Virus record (IMG/VR): IMGVR_UViG_3300027782_003601
Location: 112,193 to 176,192 of that record
DNA: 64,000 nucleotides
DNA from: a virus
Direction: 5' to 3' (one strand)
This document shows, one piece after another, positions 9,713-20,824 of the stretch. The notes under the pieces are model-generated. The model saw nothing but the letters and a program-made list of their open reading frames with translations. It searched no databases and was not told the DNA's origin. The position numbers and the translations under genes are program-made. How positions within the stretch are numbered: the stretch's first letter is position 1; the number at the start of each line of letters is the position of its first letter.

Positions 9713-10825
9713 ATGTCTACTAACCCATTAAGAAAATCCGATAGGATTCTACAATCAAAATCTACAAAAGAAGATATAAAACAAAGTATATCTCTTTTTG
9801 ATATAGATTATGCAATGATGTCTTATTTAGAAGATACGGCATTGCCTACATTAGATAATAATGGTGTTGGATTAAAAATACCTGTAATTTATGGTAATTC
9901 GGAAAGATGGAATGGTGCAAGAAGACAGGGTGTATTTAGAGATGATAAAGGTAAAATTCAATTACCTTTAATGATGATTCGTAGAACATCAATTGCAAAG
10001 GATGACCAAATGCCAATGCTAAATAGACATGTTTCATATTCCGGTATTACAAAATATTCAAAAGATAATAAATACGATAGATTTACATTATTGGGTAAAA
10101 ATGTACAACCTAAATATGAAATTTATAAAATACAAATGCCAGAATATGTTGAATTAAACTATGATTGTATGGTTTGGACTTCATATACAGAACATTTAAA
10201 TGCAGTAATAGAGCAATTACAATATACAGGAACTTATTGGGGAGATAAAGATAAATTTAAATTTAGAACAACTATTAGTGATTTTAATGTTGTAAATGAA
10301 GTTGGTGAGGGAACGGAAAGAATTAATAGAGTTGAATTTAGTTTATCAGTAAAAGCGTATTTACTTCCAGAAAAATTTGATGGTCAAAATACAACTAAAA
10401 AATCATTTTCTACAAAAAGAATTGTTGTTGCAACTGAAACCGATGTAACTGCAAATGGTAGATTAGAAGGGATGTTAACTACCCCATCTCCATATTATGA
10501 TAATAAAGATTTAATTGATTTTTTATCTATAAATAATAGTAAAACACAAAACCCAATTTCAAATAATACTATTACATTCACATCAATAAAAGCAATAAAA
10601 ACACCATCGCAATTGACATCGGTTGTAACTTCAGGAATGACATATGGTTCAGATGTATATGATATAAAATTATACATAAATGGTGTTAGAGTATTACAAT
10701 CAACTAAATTTACAGTTGTAATAAGTGCTACATCCATTGTGGTAACATTTTTGCCAGCAGGAATTGGATACAACGTAACATCTACAGATGAAATTGCAAT
10801 AACAGGTAAATTTATAGATGTATAA
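9713..10825 (+). CDS. Tail terminator/sheath stabiliser (T4 gp15-like) with C-terminal beta-sandwich extension
   Basis: IPVIYGNSERW, LPLM, PEYVELNY and VKAYLLP motifs. Confidence 0.75.
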   Translation: MSTNPLRKSDRILQSKSTKEDIKQSISLFDIDYAMMSYLEDTALPTLDNNGVGLKIPVIYGNSERWNGARRQGVFRDDKGKIQLPLMMIRRTSIAKDDQMPMLNRHVSYSGITKYSKDNKYDRFTLLGKNVQPKYEIYKIQMPEYVELNYDCMVWTSYTEHLNAVIEQLQYTGTYWGDKDKFKFRTTISDFNVVNEVGEGTERINRVEFSLSVKAYLLPEKFDGQNTTKKSFSTKRIVVATETDVTANGRLEGMLTTPSPYYDNKDLIDFLSINNSKTQNPISNNTITFTSIKAIKTPSQLTSVVTSGMTYGSDVYDIKLYINGVRVLQSTKFTVVISATSIVVTFLPAGIGYNVTSTDEIAITGKFIDV

Positions 10826-11172
10826 TGAAACGAAATATTTTAGATATAACACAAACTATAAGTAGAAAACCTGGAAATGCAATATTAACACCTTATAATT
10901 TAAAGGATTCTACTTATTGGATTTTTGAAGCAAAGGGTTGGAGATTTAAATCTATTTTAAGAGAAATAGAATTTAGAGAAACTCAAAATAGATTAAATAT
11001 TCACATAAATACTCAAAATATAAGTCCAAAAGATTATATTGCAGAAGATGGACCTACTGGATTATTAATAAAATTTATAAAAAATAATTTTGAAATGTAT
11101 ATTATTGATGGGAACTCATTGGATGGTGGAGATTTTATAGAAATAAAAGGAGATATAGAAAAATATGCTTAA
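10825..11172 (+). CDS. Hypothetical virion protein
   Basis: 115 aa; C-terminal DFIEIKG resembles the gp15 extension (DEIAITG). Confidence 0.55.
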   Translation: MKRNILDITQTISRKPGNAILTPYNLKDSTYWIFEAKGWRFKSILREIEFRETQNRLNIHINTQNISPKDYIAEDGPTGLLIKFIKNNFEMYIIDGNSLDGGDFIEIKGDIEKYA

Positions 11173-11836
11173 TAAATTTTCATCAAATGCTAGAAAATTA
11201 AATAGAATCATTCCAAAAGTTAATTTTAACAATTTGAATGATTCTTTATATATTACTGCTAGTCTTTTAAATGTAGAATTACCATCATCATCTTCGTATC
11301 AATCTAATACACGACAAAACCCATTTGGTCCAACTGTTATTAATACAAATAATATTAATGATAGTTTGTATACAACTGCTAGTTTACAAAATATAGAATT
11401 GCCATCATCATCTTCATACCAATCGCATACTCGTTCTAATTCAAATCCAATAAAAGTTATAAACAACAAACAAACTATAGAAGATTTTCATAATGAAATA
11501 TTTGAACATAGTGTTAGATATGTTGAAAGAAAAGTTGATGAATTTAATAATGATTTAAATACATTAACAATGTATAATGTATTTTTAGATTATGGTACGG
11601 AAGGTGCTAATTCGGATAATTTTGAAATATTTGTGTTTGGATTGCAAATACCGGGAGATTATACAATTGTGGAAATAAATAATAATGTTGTAATAAGTTT
11701 AAATGATGAGTATATAGATTTTGATAATGTTACACTTGATGATATTTATGTTATAGGTAAAATAGTAGAAATTGGTTTGAATTCTGAAGATTATTTTGGT
11801 TTAACAACTGAAAATGATGAAAATATAATATTGTAA
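11165..11836 (+). CDS. Hypothetical virion protein with internal duplication
   Basis: NNxNDSLYxTASLxNxELPSSSSYQSxTR occurs twice; ends LTTENDENIIL. Confidence 0.6.
   Translation: MLNKFSSNARKLNRIIPKVNFNNLNDSLYITASLLNVELPSSSSYQSNTRQNPFGPTVINTNNINDSLYTTASLQNIELPSSSSYQSHTRSNSNPIKVINNKQTIEDFHNEIFEHSVRYVERKVDEFNNDLNTLTMYNVFLDYGTEGANSDNFEIFVFGLQIPGDYTIVEINNNVVISLNDEYIDFDNVTLDDIYVIGKIVEIGLNSEDYFGLTTENDENIIL
11228..11433 (+). repeat. Imperfect direct repeat, 120-nt period, in frame
   Basis: 11228-11313 vs 11348-11433 encode near-identical 29-aa segments. Confidence 0.8.
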
Positions 11837-11838
11837 AA

Positions 11839-13920
11839 ATGACAAATAAAAGTAAAAAAATATCGGATTTACCTTCATTAAGCCCCGCATCATTGGATAC
11901 GACTTATGTAGTTGGGATATCAGGTAGTACAACTTATAAGATTTCCATAAATCAATTAACATCTTCATTAGATAGTGTATTTGCAACCGATTTAGCAGCT
12001 GCTGCATTGAGTAGTTCAAATGCAATAATGTATCAGACAGCATCAGCGGCATCAACTTGGACATTTAATCACTTTTTGGCAACTAAATATCCTATTGTAA
12101 ATGTTTATGATAACAACGATAATATTATAATTCCACAATCAATAGTAGCAAACAATAGTAGTTCTTTAACAATAACATTTTCATCACCAAGAACAGGTAC
12201 TGCGGTAGCATCTAAAGGAGGATATGTAGGTTCGGCGGTAGGAAATGCCACAACCGCAAATGCATTAGCAACTGGTAGATTAATAAATAATACCCTATTT
12301 GATGGTACACAAAACATAACAATACCTAATTTAGTTTCGGGTTCAACCCAAATTTCATTAGCAGGTACATCTGATTATAATAGTTTATTTGCAGGGGTTG
12401 CATCATCAACGGCATCATTAAATGTATTTACTTCATCAATAAACAGATGGAGTAGTTCTTTAGCAACAACTGGTTCTAATACATTTATAGGAAATCAAAT
12501 AATAACTGGTTCTTTATTTGTTTCTGGAACTATATTACAAAATGGTGGTGGATTAGCAGTTCAAGATGGTACAATTTTATACCATAGTTCTTCTAATTGG
12601 TTTATTCCAACATCAACTGTTAGTACATCGGGTACAATTGCAACTTCAGTTGGTACTCAGTTTACATCGGCAATGATTGGTGCTAAATTAACCATACTAA
12701 GAGAAAGTAAAATAATAACCGCATTTACATCAAATACACAAGTAACGGTTGATTCTGCCTACTCACAAAACTATAGTTCAATTCCATCTGGTAGTTGGGG
12801 AGTTTGTAGTAAAGCATTTGAAATACAATCTGATAGCAGTATTTATTATTACAATAAAACTGGTGCAGTTGTTTTTGGTAAACGTTCCGATTCAAATGTA
12901 TATGCTGCTAATTTATTATCAACTTCCGGTGATTCATTTTATTTATTGGTAAATTCATTTGGAATAAATAAAAACTTTACTATAAATTGGTCTGATGATA
13001 CATCTGGTGTTAATACCAAAAGTATAGGTTTAAGAAGAAACAATACTGGTTCTTTAGAAATATATGATGGAAATACTGTAGATGGGGCGGTTGCAAATAG
13101 AAGAGATTTAATTGCTAGAGATATTACGGGTTCAAATGCTACATTTAGTGGTTCGTTTAATATAACTGGTTCATTAACAATGTCTGGTGATATTATACCT
13201 TCAGCAGACAATATTAGGTCATTGGGAAAAGCAAATTTTGATTATAATACTGTATGGGCAAGAAAAGTAAGAAGTTCGGGAGGATTAACATTCCAAACAG
13301 ATAATTATAATTTATATTCTGGCACATCATTTACAGAAATATTAAGAATTAATGCGGTATCTAGTAGTTTTATTTTTCAAAATGGAGGTACATTTAATGA
13401 TAATGGATATCGTATACAAATAAACGCATCTGGCTCTGCATCGGGTTCATTATTCGTATCCGGTTCATCTGTATTTTCTGGTTCAATTAATATTAGTAGT
13501 GGTTCAATTACAATGCCAAATAGACCTGCATTTAGAGTGTATGGAGCAGGTGGAGCAACTTCGGCAATAACTACATTATCTGGTAGTATGACAACAATTG
13601 ATTATAATCAAGGTGGTTGGGATAATACAACGGGCACATTTACTGCACCAATTGCAGGATTATATCAAGTAAATTTAGTTTGTAGAACAAATTCAAATTC
13701 AGGTTCGGCAGCACAAATTGTAGTATTTAAAAATAATACAGGTGGTGCTAGTGGAACTGCACAAGTAATGATAGAGTGGGCTTCAAATACAAGTATGAAC
13801 CACACAGGTGGTTCTACTATTTCTAAATTAGCAGTAGGAGATACATTAAAAGCAGTAGTATCGGTTGGAACAATTACATTTGATGCAAACGATAATTTTT
13901 CAGTAGCATATATTGGATAA
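11839..13920 (+). CDS. Fibre protein with C-terminal C1q/TNF-like domain
   Basis: N-terminal KKISDLP; C-terminal PAFRVY...TGTFTAPIAGLYQV...GDTL...FSVAYIG is a C1q signature. Confidence 0.75.
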   Translation: MTNKSKKISDLPSLSPASLDTTYVVGISGSTTYKISINQLTSSLDSVFATDLAAAALSSSNAIMYQTASAASTWTFNHFLATKYPIVNVYDNNDNIIIPQSIVANNSSSLTITFSSPRTGTAVASKGGYVGSAVGNATTANALATGRLINNTLFDGTQNITIPNLVSGSTQISLAGTSDYNSLFAGVASSTASLNVFTSSINRWSSSLATTGSNTFIGNQIITGSLFVSGTILQNGGGLAVQDGTILYHSSSNWFIPTSTVSTSGTIATSVGTQFTSAMIGAKLTILRESKIITAFTSNTQVTVDSAYSQNYSSIPSGSWGVCSKAFEIQSDSSIYYYNKTGAVVFGKRSDSNVYAANLLSTSGDSFYLLVNSFGINKNFTINWSDDTSGVNTKSIGLRRNNTGSLEIYDGNTVDGAVANRRDLIARDITGSNATFSGSFNITGSLTMSGDIIPSADNIRSLGKANFDYNTVWARKVRSSGGLTFQTDNYNLYSGTSFTEILRINAVSSSFIFQNGGTFNDNGYRIQINASGSASGSLFVSGSSVFSGSINISSGSITMPNRPAFRVYGAGGATSAITTLSGSMTTIDYNQGGWDNTTGTFTAPIAGLYQVNLVCRTNSNSGSAAQIVVFKNNTGGASGTAQVMIEWASNTSMNHTGGSTISKLAVGDTLKAVVSVGTITFDANDNFSVAYIG

Positions 13921-13929
13921 AATAAAATA

Positions 13930-14751
13930 ATGGCAATACAAATTACAAATGGATTTAGAGTACAAAGTACGAAAGATGGTATAACTGCTTTAACCGCCGG
14001 GATTTCGGCATTTCAAATTAAAACAGATTTTCCAACTGCAACCGATGGTTTATATTGGATACAAAACCCAAACATAAATAGTGGTAGTGCAGTTCAAGTA
14101 TATTGTGATATGACTACACTTGGTGGAGGTTGGACTTTAATTATGCAGAATAATTATTATGATTGGACTTTTTCAAATTGTTTGTTAAGAAATCAAACAT
14201 CAGCTCCTTCTACTTTGGCAGCAAATAATACATTAGGTAGTGCTGGTAGTAATGGTAATTATAGTATTATTGGTTGGGCGGATTATATTAAAAAATCGGC
14301 AAGTGGATTTGATTATATGTTAGATGCGCAATATAGAGGAAGAAATGGTGGTGCATGGACGGCTAATCAGCCATATAGTTTTGTAGGACAAGTTGATAAT
14401 GCAGCTTATAATGCTTCACCTTCAACTTATTTTGGTGGTGGTGGAAGTGTAATTTCAGGTAATGCTGGATTTCGTCAAGATATAACATTAATTTCTTCTT
14501 TTTATACTGGTGCAAGCGGTGTTGGGACTTGGAGTTATAGTGATGGTGGTATAGAAAAACGAATGCCGTGGTACGCAAATAATGGAAGTAACGCTTCATT
14601 TGTAGGTCAGGCTATCTTTACTACAACACATGATGATAATGGTTCGTGGTGGGGTACATTAATGATGACTGGTACTAATTTCTCCCCTGCACCTTGGCAA
14701 AATGATACCGGTGTAGGTAACCCCAATATTATTTGGTATTGGGTTAGATAA
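13930..14751 (+). CDS. Fibrinogen-related (FReD/NEC-like) domain protein, putative adhesin
   Basis: DGLYWI...QVYCDMTTLGGGWTLI motif. Confidence 0.75.
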   Translation: MAIQITNGFRVQSTKDGITALTAGISAFQIKTDFPTATDGLYWIQNPNINSGSAVQVYCDMTTLGGGWTLIMQNNYYDWTFSNCLLRNQTSAPSTLAANNTLGSAGSNGNYSIIGWADYIKKSASGFDYMLDAQYRGRNGGAWTANQPYSFVGQVDNAAYNASPSTYFGGGGSVISGNAGFRQDITLISSFYTGASGVGTWSYSDGGIEKRMPWYANNGSNASFVGQAIFTTTHDDNGSWWGTLMMTGTNFSPAPWQNDTGVGNPNIIWYWVR

Positions 14752-14776
14752 TTGATTTTTTATATTTATACATAAT

Positions 14777-15082
14777 ATGGCAAACTTAATAAGATTAAAA
14801 CAAATAGAGAGTGGTACAACGTTTACTGCATCCGTATTAAGTGTATTAAATGGTAATACTCTTAATAATATAACAATTGGAACAGCAAATTCTGATAGAT
14901 ATTCATTAATAGTTAGTGGAGCAGTGGCAATTGTGGATGCAAATAATTTACCAGATGGTGGTCTAAATGATATAGATACAAATGTACCTGGGCAATTATG
15001 GTTAAATGGTCAATCATTACCATTAGACCCATCTATTAGTGGAAGTGGTGTATCAAACATTATAGACCAGGGTGAATGGTAA
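14777..15082 (+). CDS. Small fibre adaptor protein
   Basis: 101 aa; preceded by ATATTTATA; ends IDQGEW. Confidence 0.55.
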   Translation: MANLIRLKQIESGTTFTASVLSVLNGNTLNNITIGTANSDRYSLIVSGAVAIVDANNLPDGGLNDIDTNVPGQLWLNGQSLPLDPSISGSGVSNIIDQGEW

Positions 15083-15166
15083 AAAAAATTAATAAAATCA
15101 TTCATTAGTTATAAAACTTATATTTATAGATTGAACACAATTATTGATAAAAAATAATTAAAAAAT

Positions 15167-17974
15167 ATGCCACAAATAATTAAACACAGAAGAGGTAGTT
15201 TAGAATCACTACCATCAATTACATCATCACTTCAAAGAGGTGAACTTGTAATAGCATCTGGCTCAACCAATTTAACCGCATCTAACGGTAATTCTATCAC
15301 TTTTGTTGTTCCTACCGATGGTACGATTCAAGCAACTAATAGAATTATAAGAGGAGCAGTAGCACCAAACGTATTTCCTGGTTCTACTTATGGTGGAATG
15401 TTGAATGGAGTTCCGTTTTATGCAAGTTCTTCAACTCAACTTCCTACTTTATTTTTATTAAATCAAGATGGAAATGAATCTATAAATTTAGTAGGTAACA
15501 TCCAACCATATAGTAGTTCGGTTGCAGCACAAATAGCAAATTTAAGTTCATCGGTTGGTACTGGTAATGTTGGAGCATCGGTTACAAGTTTAAACGCATA
15601 TACTGCATCCGCAGAACAAAAATTTGCAGCAATTGGATTAGTAACATCCTCATTAAATGCATATACTCAAAGTAATGATACTGTAAATACTAATCAAAAT
15701 AATAGATTAAGTAGATTAGAAGAATCAACTGCTTCATTAAATGCTTTTAGTGCATCTCAAAATACTAAAGATACAACACTCGCAACATATACAGGTTCAA
15801 TTGATACTAAGTTTACTGCAGTTGCGGCATCAACTGCATCATTGAATTTATTTACTTCATCAATAAATAATTTAGGATTTGCAACAACGGGTTCTAATAC
15901 TTTTAGAGGAACTCAGATTGTATCTGGTTCAATGTATATAACAGGCGATGTGGTTGTTTTTGGTTCATCATCAATGCAAACACTTTCTCAAAGTGTATTA
16001 AACATTGGAACTAATTTAATTACTGTTAATACGGCAAATCCACAATCTAGATTTGGTGGAATGGCTGTAATTGATTCTGGTTCATCACCATTGGTTTCAG
16101 GTTCAATATTATTTGATTCTCGTGATAATGAATGGGTATTTGTACATCAAGCTATATCTGGCTCACCTTTAACATCATCAATTTTCATTACAGGTCCTGA
16201 AACATTAAATAATTTAGGAAACGAAATAAGTTTAACTACTAATAGATTAACAAAAGCAAGTAATAATTCACACCTTTATGATTCTCAAATAACGGATGAT
16301 GGTTCAACGGTTTCAATTAGTGGTAGTTTACAAGTAACAGGTTCAGTAACTGCATCGGCATTCTTAGGAACAATAAGAGCAACAAATGGTATAGTATCTG
16401 GTTCTTCTCAAGTAGATGTAACGGCTACTACAAACTTTACAACATATAGTGGTTCGGTATCCGCATCATTGGCAGCAATAAATGCAAACGTTGGAGCAGG
16501 TGTAGGTATTTCTATAACCAACTTAAATGCATTTACTGCATCACAAATAGATAAAAACGCAACATTAGCAACTTATACGGGTAGTGTTAATAGTAGATTA
16601 AGTAATTTAGAAATTGCATCAGCATCGGCAATTAGTAGATTAGACCAATTATCAACTGATAGTGGTTCTCAAAATACAAGAATTACTACATTAGAAAATA
16701 AAGCAACAACTTTAGGAACTTATACCGCTTCAGTTGATGCAAAATTTGTATCAATCGGTGCAAGTACTTCTTCTTTAAATACTTATACGGCATCTGCTGA
16801 TAATAAATTTAGTGCAATACAATCATCAACGGCATCATTAAATGTATACACTCAATCTAATGATACAACAAATACTGCACAAAATGCTAGATTAACTGCA
16901 TTGGAAACCGCAACAGGTTCAAATACGGTTGTATCTCAATCAATATATTTAATTAACAACTATACTGGTTCAGCATTTTTATCTCAATCAGTTGTAAATG
17001 CTAGATTAACAGCATTAGAAATTGCTTCATCATCTTTAGAATTTTTTACCTCTTCACAAAATACTAAAAATAGTACATTAGCTCTTTATACAGGTTCTAA
17101 TGATACAAAGTGGAGTAATTTAGCAGTTTATACGGGTTCTATTGATACAAAGTTTGCAGCAGTTCAATCTTCTACAAGTTCATTAAACTTATTTACATCA
17201 TCTATATTGACAGCATTGACTGCAAGTGGTGTAAACTTAACTGCAAACGGAAACTTAACTGTAAATGGTAATTTAACGGTAGGTGGTACACAAACAATTG
17301 TAAACTCTACAACTGTTCAATTAGGTGATAATATAATTGAATTAAATGGCTCAAGCGTTGCAAATGGAGGTATTTATGTAAAAGACCCAACTGCTCCTAC
17401 AACAGGAACTGGTTCATTCTTATGGAATTCAACTGGTGATTTCTGGATAGCAGGATTAAGTGGTTCTGAGCAAAGAATATTAGTAGTGGGTTCAATGGGA
17501 GTTGTATCCGGTTCTTCTCAAATTAGTTTAGCAGGAACTTCTGATTATACATCTTTATTTACAGGTATTGCATCAGCAACCGCATCCCTAAATACTTTTA
17601 GTGGTTCTCAGGTAACAAAGGATTTAACACTCGCAACGTATACGGGTTCAATTGATACCAAATTTACAACATTAGGAACTTATACGGGTTCAATTGATAC
17701 AAAATTCACAGCAGTAGCGGCATCAACTGCATCTTTAAATACATTTACTGCAAGTTTAAGTTCTACATCACAAGTAACATTTGGTGGAGTAACATCTTCA
17801 TTCAATATAGCAGCAGCTAGTGTGAGTGGTTCTACTACTACTAAACGAATTGCATTTAGAGATACAACTGGTAAATTAGAATTAGTCCCATCAGCATCAG
17901 TAAATGGTGATTTTGTTCAATGGGATGGTGGAAGTTTTATAATGAGTAACATAATTGACGGAGGCTCATTCTAA
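15167..17974 (+). CDS. Long fibre protein (Mtd_N-like N-terminus, Ser/Thr-rich coiled-coil repeats)
   Basis: MPQIIKHRRG...LQRGEL N-terminus; TASLN/YTGS repeats; ends IDGGSF. Confidence 0.75.
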   Translation: MPQIIKHRRGSLESLPSITSSLQRGELVIASGSTNLTASNGNSITFVVPTDGTIQATNRIIRGAVAPNVFPGSTYGGMLNGVPFYASSSTQLPTLFLLNQDGNESINLVGNIQPYSSSVAAQIANLSSSVGTGNVGASVTSLNAYTASAEQKFAAIGLVTSSLNAYTQSNDTVNTNQNNRLSRLEESTASLNAFSASQNTKDTTLATYTGSIDTKFTAVAASTASLNLFTSSINNLGFATTGSNTFRGTQIVSGSMYITGDVVVFGSSSMQTLSQSVLNIGTNLITVNTANPQSRFGGMAVIDSGSSPLVSGSILFDSRDNEWVFVHQAISGSPLTSSIFITGPETLNNLGNEISLTTNRLTKASNNSHLYDSQITDDGSTVSISGSLQVTGSVTASAFLGTIRATNGIVSGSSQVDVTATTNFTTYSGSVSASLAAINANVGAGVGISITNLNAFTASQIDKNATLATYTGSVNSRLSNLEIASASAISRLDQLSTDSGSQNTRITTLENKATTLGTYTASVDAKFVSIGASTSSLNTYTASADNKFSAIQSSTASLNVYTQSNDTTNTAQNARLTALETATGSNTVVSQSIYLINNYTGSAFLSQSVVNARLTALEIASSSLEFFTSSQNTKNSTLALYTGSNDTKWSNLAVYTGSIDTKFAAVQSSTSSLNLFTSSILTALTASGVNLTANGNLTVNGNLTVGGTQTIVNSTTVQLGDNIIELNGSSVANGGIYVKDPTAPTTGTGSFLWNSTGDFWIAGLSGSEQRILVVGSMGVVSGSSQISLAGTSDYTSLFTGIASATASLNTFSGSQVTKDLTLATYTGSIDTKFTTLGTYTGSIDTKFTAVAASTASLNTFTASLSSTSQVTFGGVTSSFNIAAASVSGSTTTKRIAFRDTTGKLELVPSASVNGDFVQWDGGSFIMSNIIDGGSF

Positions 17975-18033
17975 TAAAATAATTTAATCTCTTTTTAAAA
18001 AAATGGAGATTTTTAATAGTAATAACTAAATGA

Positions 18034-20040
18034 ATGGCTCCAATATTAAAACATAAACGTGGTAGTTTAGAAGGATTAGCAGCAATAACATCATCTTTAC
18101 AAAAAGGTGAATCGGTATTTGCATCTGGCTCATCTAATATATCTTCGTCAAACGGAAGTTCAATCACATTCATTGCAGCCGAACAAGGTAGATTGCAAGC
18201 CGTTAATAGAGTTATAAAAGGAACTACTGCACCAAATGTATTTTCAAGTTCTGTTTATGGAGGATTAGTAGATGGTGTTCCATATTATGCAAGTTCATCG
18301 GCAATAGTTCCTACATTATATTTGTTAGGAAATAATGGCAATCAAGCAATTGATTTAACTGGAAACATTAACGCATTTTCATCATCAGTTTCTCAACAAT
18401 TTCAAACTTTAAATGCATCAAGTGCTGTAATAGAAAAAGTATTTTATGTAAGTGAAGATGGGTTGGATACCAATGATGGTAAAAGTTTAGGAACTTCTTT
18501 TAGAACAATAAAACAAGCTACAATAGCAGCATCAGCTTCATTGGCATTAAATAATGTAATTCCGGTTTATAGACAAAGTATTCAAATCAAAAGTGGATAT
18601 TATGTAGAGGAAGCTCCAATAACAGTTCCTTCAAATGTTTCTATATTAGGAGATGATTTGAGAAGTGTTGTAATTAGACCTACAACTGGAACAAAAACCG
18701 AAAATTTATTCTTAATGAATAATGGTACATATTGTTGGGGATTAAGATTAGAAGGTTGTGAAATTGATGATTTAGATAACCCAAGAAAAGGATTCTTTTT
18801 TGCATATGCACCTGGTGCATATATTGTAACTTCTCCATATATTCAAAACTGTTCGGCAATATCAACACCTGCAGACAAATTCTATACACCATTGGATTAT
18901 GAAAATAATAACCCATTGATAGGAAACGGACCTGGTGGAATGATTATAGATGATTCGGTATTAGATGGATATTCACCACTTAAATCAATGATTGTAGATG
19001 CATACACTCAGGTAGCATTCAATGGTATTGGTATTTGTATTAGAGGTAGAGGATATGGGCAATTGGTATCATTCTTTACAAACTTTAGTAGTACTGGCGT
19101 ATTTTGTATTGATGGAGGACATGCTTCTTTATTAAACTCAAATACTACATTTGGTGATTATGGGTTAAGAGCACAAGGAAAGAGAATGTTAGTTAAACCG
19201 GATATTGCATCAGTATCCTCTTCAATAGATGTGAGTGGCTCTCTATTGATAAAAGCAGAAAAGGCAAATATACAATCCTATATGATAAGCAAATTAGTTT
19301 TATCGGGTAGTTACAATTATACATATATAAGTGGAAGTGGTAGTAATTATGCTGGGACAATCAAAGATAGTGGTTTGCTAATAGATGCAATCTCAGATGA
19401 TTTACTTGCTCCTAAAGCTAGTAGAACTTTTCAATTTACATCGGGCTTATTCAAAGGACAAGATATTTCAACCGGAAGTATTTATACATTATCTCCGGCA
19501 ACTGGTTCTACATTTGATAAAGGTGCGGTAACTGTGTTTCCATTGATTTCAAATACAAGTGGTTCTTTGGTAGGAGACTATATAAAATCATATGGATATA
19601 TGAAAGAATATATAATTAATGACCCTCAAAATAGGTTTACTACATTAAGTGTAAATGCTAAAAATAAAATAGGTCAGATGTTTGATGTAGTTTCAGATAC
19701 TCTTACACAAGTTGTTGTTCAAAACTCAGGTTCAAATTTATTAGAAGAATTTGGTTCATTGGTAACTTCAACTTCACATGATTTTTCATACGCAGGAGCT
19801 GGAGTAAACTTTTTAGCACTTCCTGTAAATCAAGGTGGTGTTGGTGAAACCAATTTTGATATTAGAATTTCCGAAATTAGTGGTGGTAGAGTATATCATA
19901 CATCAGGAGATGAAACAGGTGATTTTTATGCAGGTAATGATTTTATTATTAGACAACAAACGGGTACAATTGATGGTAGAACTTTTACAAAAGCTTTAGC
20001 AGCAAGATTTACTCCATTAAATTTAGCATTAGAAAGTTAA
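18034..20040 (+). CDS. Fibre/spike protein with pectin-lyase-like beta-helix (possible depolymerase)
   Basis: First ~130 aa paralogous to 15167; FYVSEDGLDTNDGKS..FRTIKQA, IKSGYYVE and SILGDDLRSV are typical of the entry to a beta-helix. Confidence 0.65.
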   Translation: MAPILKHKRGSLEGLAAITSSLQKGESVFASGSSNISSSNGSSITFIAAEQGRLQAVNRVIKGTTAPNVFSSSVYGGLVDGVPYYASSSAIVPTLYLLGNNGNQAIDLTGNINAFSSSVSQQFQTLNASSAVIEKVFYVSEDGLDTNDGKSLGTSFRTIKQATIAASASLALNNVIPVYRQSIQIKSGYYVEEAPITVPSNVSILGDDLRSVVIRPTTGTKTENLFLMNNGTYCWGLRLEGCEIDDLDNPRKGFFFAYAPGAYIVTSPYIQNCSAISTPADKFYTPLDYENNNPLIGNGPGGMIIDDSVLDGYSPLKSMIVDAYTQVAFNGIGICIRGRGYGQLVSFFTNFSSTGVFCIDGGHASLLNSNTTFGDYGLRAQGKRMLVKPDIASVSSSIDVSGSLLIKAEKANIQSYMISKLVLSGSYNYTYISGSGSNYAGTIKDSGLLIDAISDDLLAPKASRTFQFTSGLFKGQDISTGSIYTLSPATGSTFDKGAVTVFPLISNTSGSLVGDYIKSYGYMKEYIINDPQNRFTTLSVNAKNKIGQMFDVVSDTLTQVVVQNSGSNLLEEFGSLVTSTSHDFSYAGAGVNFLALPVNQGGVGETNFDIRISEISGGRVYHTSGDETGDFYAGNDFIIRQQTGTIDGRTFTKALAARFTPLNLALES

Positions 20041-20050
20041 AAAATAAATT

Positions 20051-20395
20051 ATGGCAACTACAATACCATTAAATAGGTTTAGATTACTTACAAAAGTTTT
20101 AGCTAGTGGAAGTAATACTCTATATCAACAAACGGATGATGTATCTACTATTATATTATCATGTCAAATAACAAATGTAACATCTAGCATTCAAAGTGCA
20201 AGTGTTCAAATACAAAAAAGTGGTTCGGCAGGAAGTATTACTCTTTTAAAAAACGGAGGAATACCACCAGCGGAATCATTAAATCCATTTGGAGGAAAAA
20301 TTGTATTAGAAACTTCCGATAAATTACTTATGTTAACCGCAACATCGGGTTCTTTGGAAGTAGTATTATCAGTATTAGAAAATGCAAATAATTAA
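20051..20395 (+). CDS. Small virion beta-sandwich protein
   Basis: 114 aa; GKIVLETSDKL...VVLSVLE pattern seen in phage fibre-associated proteins. Confidence 0.55.
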   Translation: MATTIPLNRFRLLTKVLASGSNTLYQQTDDVSTIILSCQITNVTSSIQSASVQIQKSGSAGSITLLKNGGIPPAESLNPFGGKIVLETSDKLLMLTATSGSLEVVLSVLENANN

Positions 20396-20403
20396 TAGTA
20401 AAA

Positions 20404-20736
20404 ATGTCTAAATTAATAGGTAGAAAACCCATAGAAGTAAACATAACCGCTCAATCGGGTGGGGTTCTTCCTATATACAATAGTCAATACGGTGGCTGGG
20501 ATACTATTAGTAAAAATGATTTAATTTCAAGTAGTGTTCAATTAAGTGGTTCAAACACAATAATTGGAAATCAAATAATTAGTGGTAGTTTAAGAGTAAC
20601 TCAAACGGTATCTGCATCCCTATTTTCAGGTTCATTTTATGGTATAGGTGATATATTGGCATTTAGTGGTTCAGTAGCAACTAGATTGTATAATTTAGAA
20701 TTATCAGCATCAGTTTTAGATGCGGGAACATTTTAA
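20404..20736 (+). CDS. Small fibre adaptor protein
   Basis: 110 aa; SGSNTIIGNQIISGS fibre motif; ends LDAGTF. Confidence 0.55.
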   Translation: MSKLIGRKPIEVNITAQSGGVLPIYNSQYGGWDTISKNDLISSSVQLSGSNTIIGNQIISGSLRVTQTVSASLFSGSFYGIGDILAFSGSVATRLYNLELSASVLDAGTF

Positions 20737-20764
20737 TATTTTTATTTATATTTAATATATTTAT

Positions 20765-20796
20765 AAGGGTAGTATATACTACCTTTTTTGTTTTTA
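20765..20796 (+). terminator. Terminator-like hairpin overlapping a late-promoter motif
   Basis: AAGGGTAGT-ATAT-ACTACCTTT followed by TTTGTTTTT. Confidence 0.55.
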
Positions 20797-20824
20797 TATA
20801 ATCTATTAAATATAGACCATAAAT

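Noticed and set aside
17985-18012. AATCTC/GAGATT hairpin as a terminator
   Set aside because: Short, weak stem with a large loop; not convincing
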